64,000 nt of DNA from Azolla caroliniana (Eukaryota; Plantae; Polypodiophyta), in assembly GCA_043228905.1 (NCBI GenBank), contig JBHGNT010000015.1, forward strand, positions 18,166,001 to 18,230,000, written 5' to 3'. Below the pieces are notes generated by a model that had not been told where the DNA came from, searched no databases, and saw only the letters and a list, made by a program, of their open reading frames with translations. Numbering within the stretch: position 1 is the stretch's first letter; each line of letters starts with the position of its first letter. Below, piece by piece: positions 54,301 to 64,000 of the stretch. A program made the position numbers and the translations under genes.

Positions 54301-56365
54301 GGAGGATTAACCCTAGAAATATTTTGTAACTAAGTAATGAATGGTGGAGGATCTAAATCTTGGAATCTCACTTTTTAGATCTTCGTTGATGTTTACTACA
54401 TAAAACCTTCATCGATGAACTTCCGAAAGTTTTTGTACCCAATCATCACTATCAAGTTCCTGAAAGTTGATCGGTTGGAATAGGGTATATCATATTTCAA
54501 GGAAGATAATCTTACTCTTGGATTACATTTGACATTTGTTTGATTTATTCTCAATCTTCATATATGTAACACTTGTTTCCTTCATTTGTTGATCATTGTA
54601 AAATAATATATGCTTATGGCATTGTTTATTTATGGACTTATGGTCGATTCCTTATTCTCTATATTCATTGGAAGACACTTCTTCATCATGGAGTCATTCA
54701 TATAGCTTATTGAGACTTGTGATGTTGTTCGGCATAGGTAGTTTGCTCGGCAATAAAAAAGGTGATGATTCAAGTCACACCAATCTTGGTGATAAAAATT
54801 ACACTACTTTCAATTATATCAATGACAAAACTGAGATGGAAGATCTAAGAGATACCCCTCATTACAAACTTTATGTTGATCACTTAGTAAATGGAAAATG
54901 AACACCCAACGAATGACTTCATTCATTGGTAACACTTGACCTAGATGGAATGAATTCCAAAACATGGATAAAAAAGTTGTGTGTTTTACTTGATTGTAAT
55001 GACCATTCATTCATGAATAAATAAATTATGATTCCATTGACACTATGCAACGAACAAAGAGTTGGGGTAGCCTCATTGACGAACTACATTCAATGCAAAT
55101 ACACAAAAAAAAACACAATTGGTGTGGTGAAAAGTTGGTAAGCATCCCCAACAAGTAATCAACTTTTGACATGATGACAATTGTTTACTACATTATAGAT
55201 AAGTTACAAGTTCTGCAAATCACATCCAAGTTGAACATGTAAATCATGAATAGAGAATAGAGTAATGTGGAGAGCCTACCAATGCTCCTCTTGTAGAGGA
55301 TGCCAATAAGTAATGCTTAGGATAAAAAAAGGGGATGAAATTCGACGACTAGATGAGAATGATTGGGGAATTTATATCCTACGAAAGGCCCTTCAAGGTA
55401 TAGACTTTTTGGGTGAAAATCTAAACTTCCATGACATTTACTTGTAATCTTGGGGGAACACTACTATTGCATTATGTCTCCATGTCGTTAGGTCTAACAA
55501 CACATGCCCCTTCATGTGAAGTTTGAGAGAGAGAGAGATATTTTATTATCATCTTCGAAGGTTAGATATGACCTATGAGACAAACAATATAACATTTCCA
55601 CATAATACATGTGAAAGTGAGTGGCAACTTTCCATGTTCAATAACATTACTAAGGAATGTCATAAGAGAGAGAGAGGCGACACTCATTAGTCCATTTTGA
55701 AGATGCATGACGAGATGGAAAGTAGCGAATACCCTTGGGATGGGCGGACAGACGAATGGACGGGGAAAGCCGAAATGCAACGAAGCTTTAAATATGATAG
55801 AAGCAAAGGTAGTAGTGGGTGATGATTCCTCAGGTTAATGTTTGTCCCCTACAAGTAGGGGCAAAAACCAAGAACAAAAAGGGTAGGGTGTCCAAAAGAA
55901 CTAGAAAGAGGAAGTCTTGTGGTTTAGGGTATAGGTGTCCTAAAGCCAACGTCATCCACATCATCACCATGATATGTAAGTATGTATGTATGTCACATGT
56001 GACATGTGTGTGTGTGTGTGTATGTTTTTCCTTCCTTATAATAAATAATACTTGATACATAATACGAAGAAATTTTAATGGGGATTCGGTAAGGGGTAGG
56101 CGTACGAATTTTCCAAAAACAAGAGAGAGAAACCTCGGACTTGCGGGAAGAGCAGGAGGAGAGAGAGAGAGAGAGAGAGGGGTACGATCCGAATTTGTAG
56201 AAACTAGAGAGATAGAGAGAGTTGGAGTCTAGAGAGAGAAACCTAGGACTCCCCCAGAAGTACCATTACATTTACATTACATAATAATTGCGATGATTCC
56301 TTCCTTTTTCTCAGAAGAGAAGCTGCGCGGGGTGGGGGGAGGGAGAGTTTTAGAGACCATGGCAA

Positions 56366-56684
56366 TGCTTAACTCTGCTCTTAATCTTGATTAGTCACCC
56401 TTAATCGCCCTCATTAATCATGGTTTGATCCTAATACCTCCACCCCGCGGTGCTTAACACTCCTCTCAATCTTGATTAGCCGCCCCTTAGTCGCATTCAT
56501 TAATCATGACTCGGTCCTAATATCTCCATCGCTAGGGCTTAACACTGTTCTTAATCTTGATTAGCGGCGCGCTTAATCGCCCTCACTAATCATGATTCGG
56601 TCCTAATGCCTTGAGACCGCTGGTGTGCTTAGCAATGCTCTTAATCTTGATTAGCGGCCCTTAATCGCCGTCATTAATCTCCAG
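56366..56684. repeat. Four degenerate ~86-bp tandem repeats immediately upstream of the ATG
   Basis: GCTTAAC..CT(T/C)AATCTTGATTAG..CTTA(A/G)TCGC..TCA(T/C)TAATC at about 56366, 56451, 56537 and 56626. Confidence 0.9.
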
Positions 56685-56693
56685 GCTCTGCAC

Positions 56694-57521
56694 ATGATGG
56701 CCGGGCGGCTTCTGCAGTTCCATCCTTCTTCCTCCTCCTCCTCCTCCGCGGAAGCTCACAATTCCGCCGCCGCTTTATCTAGCTACGCCGCCGCCATTCA
56801 ACTCGCCGCCGCCGCCGCCCACCATCGCCAAGCCCCGCCTGATCATCATTACCGGAGCGGCATCTCCTCTGCTTTCTCTGTCATCGGTAATCCCGGCACC
56901 GCCGGAGGCGGCGACGATTTCTCGGCGGCTCAGCTGCTGGCCGGACCTTCCGCCGCCGACGACGCCGCCGCCCGACCGGCGGCGCCGGTAGTATCACGGG
57001 CAGCCGCCAGTCGACGAGGGAAGAAGCGCCAGAACAAGCCGCCGCAGCGAGGCCTCGGCGTGGCGCAGCTCGAGAAGATTCGGATCGAAGAGCAGAGGAG
57101 AGCTTCCGCCGCCGCTCTTCATCACCTCAATGCCCGAAGCAGCGGCGGCGGCGGCGGCGGAGCTTCACCTCTGTTAATCAATCAATCGCCTCCTCCTCTG
57201 CTCCCTCCTCCCATGTACACTAATTATCATCCTAATCCTAATCCTAATCCTAATCCTCATCCTAATTTTAAGCATCAACACAATCCTAGAGATAATGACC
57301 CCGCCCATCGCAGCCCTAATGCTGCTGCAGTGGACATGATTAACGCTAATCCTAATACCAGCATTATTAATCCAGTCTGGCTTTCCGCATCCAAATTATT
57401 TATTGAAGGCGCCAGCGGCAGCAGAGCGCATGCTAATAAGTCCGACGATGGAACTGATATAATTAATCCCGATGGCAGTTATATGAAATTGCTCGGCTTC
57501 CCGCGTCCAGATCTAAGCCTG
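56694..57521 (+). CDS. SPL/NZZ-like: SPEAR gene exon 1 (basic region and SPL motif)
   Basis: PQRGLGVAQLEKIRIEEQ; donor CTG|GTAAGG at 57522. Confidence 0.9.
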
Positions 57522-60352
57522 GTAAGGGCTTAATTACATCAGTTTTAACCTAATCAAATCTCTTCCCTTAATCAATGAATTTCTTCTTGTCTGTTTTTTG
57601 GGATTATGCAGGGGATGCATCTAAGGAGTGGAGCTAAGTATAATGATAATAACGATCATAATCATTATCATATCTCAGCTACCATGCCATGCCCATCATC
57701 GACGGCGGCAGCAGCAGAGCTGCCGCTTCAAGAGCCGATGATGGAGCTCTCTTCTTTCCAAAGATTCTCGCGCCGCGGGGGGGCGGCGCCGAGATTAATC
57801 AGCGAGTATAATCATAACTCAACCGCGAGCAGAGTGTCGGAGATGAAACGGCCATGGCCGGCAACGATGGTAGAGGCGGAGGCGGACATCAGAGCTGCTG
57901 CTACTACTGCCATTACTGCCAGTAACAGCCGCCGGAAGGTCTGCTATGGCGACCCCCCTGCTATATCCAGCGGCGAAGACAGGTAATAATTCTAAGCCTG
58001 ACCCTAACCCTACCCTAATAGTAATTATAAGGTTCGTAAAGCGAAGCTGCGTGATTCCATAACCGCTAAACCCTAATGTGACATACAACGCTAGTAGTCA
58101 CATTATCCACACGGTCCGAATAATGGAGATCTTATATACTAATCATAGCGATCGAAAACCCTAACATAAGCCACAGGTTTAGAAAAGCCATCCTTAATTC
58201 AACTCTTAACCCTATCGGAACCTTAATTCCATTTTTAGTTAATTCTACACTGCTCGAATAATGTCCGAGACCTTATACTAATCACAGGGATTGAAAACCC
58301 TAACATAAGCCACAGGGTTAGAAAAAACCATCCTCAATCCAACTCTAACCCTGTCGGCAAAGCTTAATTCCATTTTTAGTTAATTCTTACCCTAACCCCA
58401 ACCCTAACCCTAACTCTAACCCCAACCCTCACCCTAACCCTAACCCTAAACACCCTAACCCAATCCTAACCTAGACCCTAAACCCTAACCGAAACCGTAA
58501 CCCTAACGCTAACGCTAATGCTAACCGAAAACGAAACCCTAACGCTAGCACTAATGCGAACCGTAACCGTAACCCTAGGCATGATTAATTCGTCTCCCTG
58601 AGCATGAAGATCGAACTAGATTTTATTTAGTAGTCTTAAACCCTAACTTTTGGTTGTGTTAGGAACATCGCTGTGGGGTGCGAGCTCACGCTGAGGCCGC
58701 CGGGGGGAGGCGGCGGAGGAGGAGGAGGAGCAGGGGAAGCTGCCGACGAACCGTTAAGCGTGGAGGAGCCGGTGGCGGAGCCGTGGAGGCTAACGCTCCG
58801 CCACGGTTGTGGGCAACCGGCCGCCGTCACCGGCGCCGCCGGTTTCCCGGAGACGGCCACCGTCTCCCGGTATCCCAGCGGTTTCCTGTCTTTGGCGGTT
58901 GCGGGCGGCGGCGGCGGCGGCGAAAATGCCAGCTGGGCCAAGGCCGTACAGTACCTCTCCACCCCCTCCCCTGTTTCCGCCACCACCACCAAGAGCAGCG
59001 CCACCGGAGGGCCCGATCAAATCTCCACCGTACGTTCTCTCCGATTTTGTTTTGCCTTTTTCTAAAACAAATAATTTTTCGCATAATTCGCACATATCTT
59101 TAAAAAGCGACAGAAACAAAATTTAAAAGCAAAAATATAAGCAAATTTCGATCTTGGATAAATAAACCAACTACCAAATAAATAAATAAATAACGTAAAT
59201 AAACAATCAAATTGTATACAATTAAAATCAGGAAATAAACTAGCAAATATTATTCAAGAAAATAAATAGACAAGCAAACAATATTCAAATAAGTAAGCAA
59301 ATAATACTCAAATAATTAAATATATAACGAACAATATGTACAGTATTCAAATAAATAAATACCTAAAATAAATAAATAAACACCCAGAAAATAAATTGAC
59401 AAATACGCTTTATATGGGAGGCCAGAAATTAGGGTTTTATAATATTTCACAAGTGTTCCCTTGTCTCTTTGAATAATAAATCTCACTCTTTTTTGCTTCG
59501 TTTGTTTTTTTTTGTTCACTAAAAAGAGGCGACTTATCTAATATTTCACACTTTGTAGCCTTGCCTTATCTACTCTTCTCTTTTTGTTCCCACAATTTCC
59601 TAGTGTCCCCACACCTTGTCTCCTACTTACTACCCGCCCTAGTCTAGTATAAACAAACACTTACAAAAGCATTTGCTCTTCGCTCGCTCGAACACTCCTT
59701 GTTGTTGGTACTTGCCCCCCCCCCTCTTCCCTAGGCACTTACATGTACAAAACACTATGCCATCCAATTGCCTGTTCTTCATGTGATATGATCGTCTTCT
59801 CATGATTGGTTCACCATGTTGGGTAGGTTTGTGTCCATACTTACACAACAGCGAAGATGTACGTACCATTGGTTCCAATCTGGTTAGGCTGGTAAATCAT
59901 ATACATAAATACATATATGTATAGCTTTTAGCTCTCACATATGTGTACATTATCGATCATGCCATGGATATAACGTTGTATTGGGTCGATGATACATTGT
60001 ACTTTACAACATATCATGTCATATCACATCCTTGTGATTGACCCTTGGATTATTATGTCGATCAAAAGTATGATGTTGTGCACTTATTCTATGGTCTCTT
60101 TATTTTCTTTTATGTCTTTAGGGTTCGATTTGCTTCTTCTTCTTTTTTGTTGTAAGTTGCGTGACGTCTTTTTGGCGTGCAAATCTCATTGTGCCATCAT
60201 TTTTTTTGGGTCTTTTTTTGTGCCAGGATGATTATGTTTCGACGTCTATGTCGAGCCATACCAACAACTTCGACGGCCCAGAGAGTCAACAGATCTTCCA
60301 TACTAAGATTATGCATTCTAAGACCCCCTTGGATCTCTCCCTCAAACTTTGA
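56694..60352 (+). CDS. SPL/NZZ-like: SPOROCYTELESS/NOZZLE-like (SPEAR family) EAR-motif transcriptional repressor; join(56694..57521,57612..57982,58663..59029,60227..60352), about 563 aa
   Basis: SPL motif KKRQNKPPQRGLGVAQLEKIRIEEQ and C-terminal EAR motif LDLSLKL*. All three GT..AG introns are phase-consistent (0, 2, 0) and the CDS totals 1692 nt. The start codon is less certain. Confidence 0.9.
57612..57982 (+). CDS. SPL/NZZ-like: SPEAR gene exon 2
   Basis: Acceptor TGCAG|GGG and donor AG|GTAATA; ELSSFQ and KRPWP motifs; GC-rich. Confidence 0.82.
58110..58385. repeat. Tandem duplication of about 140 bp in intron 2
   Basis: CGAATAATG..TACTAATCA..GAAAACCCTAACATAAGCCACAGG..CTTAATTCCATTTTTAGTTAATTCT occurs twice. 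Confidence 0.88.
58389..58578. repeat. Interstitial telomere-like (CCCTAA)n array, degenerate
   Basis: About 30 hexamer units of CCCTAA and variants (CCCCAA, CGCTAA, CCGTAA, CCGAAA). Confidence 0.9.
58663..59029 (+). CDS. SPL/NZZ-like: SPEAR gene exon 3
   Basis: Acceptor GTTAG|G keeps frame into GCELTLRPP..GFLSLAV; donor ACC|GTACGT. Confidence 0.78.
60227..60352 (+). CDS. SPL/NZZ-like: SPEAR gene exon 4 (EAR motif)
   Basis: T-rich tract, CCAG|GAT acceptor, ends TPLDLSLKL-TGA. Confidence 0.85.
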   Translation, partial: DDYVSTSMSSHTNNFDGPESQQIFHTKIMHSKTPLDLSLKL

Positions 60353-62905
60353 GATCTAGGCCTATGAATCCACATTTCATTTACTTGGTCATAACTGAAA
60401 TGTCATTACTTTTAAGTTGGCTATGAAAGGATTCTCGCTCAAAGGTCTCGAAGAAACTAAGCCTAACTCGGAAGAAAATAGGACCCCTTTTATTATTATT
60501 ATAGTTGAACAATGTCATTGGTAAGAGCATGAGTGCACACGTATCCTATTGTTAAAATTGTAGGCTTATCCATTGTGAAGCGCAATTTGTTTATTTGGGG
60601 GGGCAATTGTTCTACTTTTTCAAGTTTATACCATTTGAGTTGCTTTCATTCATCTGTCATGTATGGGGAAATCAAGTTCCTCATGGAGACATATATCTAC
60701 GTGTCTCTCTTTTGTAGCCAGGATGTGTGTGTATATCCTTGGATTTGCATAAAATAAGAGAAACCTTAAATCACTATGCTATTGAGATGACTAGAATGAT
60801 TTTTTAAACTTATTAATAAGCATATTTAGGATTTGCTTTTGTATGTAGTGGTCCAACATTTTCGATAGTGATAGCTTGCTTAAGTATGAGATGCTGATAG
60901 ATTGTTTGTAACATCGGATAGTTCAAAGTACAATTCTTGTTGAGTACGATGATGATATATATGTATAAGGCTCATTGTGACGTTGCAAGCAATAAGATAT
61001 GGTTGCAAGATGAAAAGCAACGACATCTTGGCTTTAATGTGATGTTGTGAATAATTAGATATGTTGACTATGGAAAAGTAATGATGTGTAGGTTTCATTG
61101 TGACACCGCCAATAATAACTTATGCTAGCTTAGAATAAAATGTAACGCTATCACTGACTTTCGAGGCTATTTGTAAGTGAAGAAAATTACCGGAAGAAAG
61201 TAGAGAAGATATTTTAACAATGTTGCCGTATATAACAAGGACTTCAACAAGTAAGCATTCACGCAATTAATTTCACTCTATGTAAATATCGCAACGAGGA
61301 ACTAGGACATTTTAAGCTTTTTACATGAAAATGTTGATGTCCCCTATCAAGCTAGTGTGTAGAACCATGTATACACCCTAATGCACATGCATCGAGTGAC
61401 CATCAAATATGGCAAAGGTTGATTGATAAAGGACACTTATCTTACTTCGTGCAAGGGAATCCAAACAATGTAATACTGAGGGCATCTTATGTATTTAATT
61501 GATTATGCATAACCTCACTGTCGTACCATCTTTTGATGTGTTGTGCAATGTCATGTCTTAATAAAAAGTTGTGTTGTTTACTTTAGTACAAAAGGTGTTA
61601 ATTCAAATGTGAAAAACATGAAACAAGGCCAAACGTTCCTTCAAAGCTATAGACTCAATCAGTAGAGCACATTAAGTTTATCTTATAGTAATATATACCG
61701 ATGGTATACTCATATGACAAGTTGCCTAGATGGATCTAATATGAAATCCACATAGTAGATTGTATTCATCTTTATTGTCTGAATATGGTTTAATAGTATT
61801 ACCTTATTTAGAAGTTGTCACCTCCTAATTTTACTACAAACACATGTATTGTTAAGATATTATTTGATTTAAATTCAAATAATTTTATGTAATTTGGCAT
61901 CACATATTCTTGATTTGTTTTTTTGTATGTGTAGATCACTTTTGGATGTTTCTTGATTAGAATTTGTCTTTACTTCTTTAATGCTGAAGTAGATTGTCTA
62001 TTTAGGAAGGTGACAATTGAGTTTAAATTGTCAACAAATTGCTCTTGATAATTGCCAACAAGAAGCATTGTATTGCTCTCAGAATGACCCATGAATGACT
62101 CCTAATGCTCTGAAAATGATTCATGACACAATAATTATTGGGAAATTGATCTATGATGGCTCATTTGCAAAAAATACTTCTTTATGATTCCCATTTCTTT
62201 ACGCCCCGACTCTCTTTGTGGTTTCTTTAGACCCTAGAGTGACACTACATTTTGCTTAGAGATGGCAAGGAAGCTTTTTTACGTATGTGTAGATTTTGTG
62301 TCTATAGTTTCAAGTCGTGGTTGAAGTGAAAGCTTCAAATAATCACTTGGTGGTGATGCTACAACACTTCAGGTAAATATGGTACCAAATAGGCATATGC
62401 ACAAGTTATACCTAGATACGAGGAACTAGAGATATCAAGCAATATTGGGCCACACTATGTGAAGCTACAAAACAAGGTATTCGACATCCTAGTTCAAAAA
62501 GATTATGTGTCGGTGGATGCATCATAATCTTTCTCCACCTTGGATCCTTCATTACATGAGTAATAGACCTTGCCTCCTTAATAATGTCTTCAAGTATCAC
62601 CACCATAAGTTTTAGGTTAGTGATTTGATCCATAACAAGATTCCACCATACTAACTCTATTTTGCTAGAACTTCTTGGATGTATATAGTTTGGTCTTTGA
62701 TCCACAAACTTGGGTCAATGTCAAGGAGTCAATCCACGCATTCAAGAAGTGACATTCTAACTATAACCTAATTGAATTTCTTCGGGTTCACTTCTCATAA
62801 AGTTGATCAACATTAGTAGCAGTAGCTCATGTATTGTATGTTTTAACTTTGGCCAGTCTATGGTATATCTTCCTTTCAATGTCTTAGATATCCCATATAA
62901 GATAT

Positions 62906-63360
62906 TGTTAGGTATTTTGTCCCTCTTATTGGGGGAAGTCGACGATCGAATTCTAGTCGATCGACCGGATCGACCAACAAATTGACTAAACTGAAGGTCG
63001 ACTAAATCGAAGAACTTTGAGAGTCAACCAGTTAGGTCGACTTGGAGGTCGGAGATGGAGTCGACTAGTTGGATGGATCGGGTGGTTGAAGACAAAGCCG
63101 ACTAGGCAGATCGACCGAATAGTCGAAAATAGGAGTTGACTTGTGGGTCGAACAGTCAAGTCGACCGATTAACTATTAGTATTATATTATAATGTTAAGA
63201 ATCGGATGGATTCTTGTGGCGGAAGAACTGTGTGTGTGTGTGGAGAGAGAGAGAGAGAGAGGGAGAGAGAGAGATACAAAAAAATAAAAAATTGTATTAA
63301 CAAGGAAAATGAGAATAACCAACACTTACAAAGAGAAGGAGAAGGTGCTTATGTAGTCAC
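62906..63360 (+). mobile_element. LTR-like fragment related to the 2955 LTR
   Basis: Similar TGTTAGG..TGTCCCTC start and GTCGAC-rich U3, followed by GT/GA microsatellites. Confidence 0.5.
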
Positions 63361-63389
63361 CTCAGTTGGTCGATAATCGAAAGACCCAT

Positions 63390-64000
63390 GTTCGTCATGA
63401 ACTGCCGCAACTTGTTGATTTTGAGGGCCTTGGTAAAGATGTCGACCGTCTGTAGGGTCCTGTTGATGTGTTGCAGTTTGACATCCCCAGCCAGAACATG
63501 CTCTCAGATGAAGTGATTGTGCACTTCGATGTGCTTAATCTAAGCGTGGAAGACTAGGTTCCGAGCGAGGTGAATACTGCTCATGTTGTCACAGTAGAGG
63601 AGAATCGGATCCTTGATGGGAACGCCTAGGTCCTTCAATGTTCTCTTGAGCCAAAAAGCTTCACATGCGGCTATAGCTACGCCCATTTATTTGGCTTTGG
63701 TGCTTGACAGTGCGACTGCCGGTTGTTTCTTACTACTCCACAATATGACGCCGTTGTCGAGGGAGAACACAAATCCGGATGTCGATCATTGGTCGGCTCT
63801 ATAGCCGTCCCAGTTTGCATCGATATACCTTTTGAGTCAAATCGCTGTGTCCGATTTGTAGGGGATGCCGAAATCCATCATTCCACTCACATACCTTAGC
63901 ACTCGCTTGGCACAATCGAGATGGATGTCTCACGGAGTTTGCATGAACTGGTTAAGGAGGCCGACCGAGTAACTCAGGTCGGGTCGGGTGATTGTGAGGT
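63390..64000 (-). mobile_element. Copia RT/RNase H fragment, decayed, running off the window
   Basis: Homologous to about 5000-5585 (TITRPDLSY, SKKQPAVALSST, KHIEVHNHFI). Confidence 0.88.

Noticed and set aside
44000-56100. Many 60-95 aa ORFs
   Set aside because: AT-rich intergenic or old repeat DNA with no motifs or consistent exon structure seen.
58389-58578. True chromosome end or fusion site
   Set aside because: Short, degenerate, single orientation and intronic, with gene sequence continuing on both sides.
58636-59126. Alternative-frame and antisense ORFs over exon 3
   Set aside because: GC-rich shadow ORFs; only the 58673 frame fits both splice phases.

Overview
Eukaryotic land-plant DNA, probably from a non-seed plant such as a fern or lycophyte (inferred from the retroelement lineages). 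Bases 1-43.8 kb are a nest of decayed retroelements: Ty1/copia elements, a Tcn1-like chromovirus, tRNA-Trp-primed gag-only Gypsy-type elements with 4-bp TSDs, two small non-coding TRIM-like elements, several solo LTRs and LINEs. Many boundaries can be placed exactly from TG..CA ends, PBS, PPT and TSDs. About 44-56 kb is AT-rich intergenic DNA. One host gene is present: a four-exon SPOROCYTELESS/NOZZLE (SPEAR-family) EAR repressor, join(56694..57521,57612..57982,58663..59029,60227..60352), about 563 aa, with a telomere-like array in intron 2. The most unusual signals are: (1) a tRNA-like A-box/B-box module in U3, always antisense to the element, in at least six otherwise different LTR types; (2) a TRIM whose PBS is the exact 11-nt complement of its own predicted transcript 5' end (Tf1-type self-priming), with a hairpin at the start site; (3) U3 segment exchange between Copia and Gypsy LTRs; (4) (TC)n-associated LINEs sharing a covarying 3' stem-loop. 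All alignments were made by eye and no searches were run.
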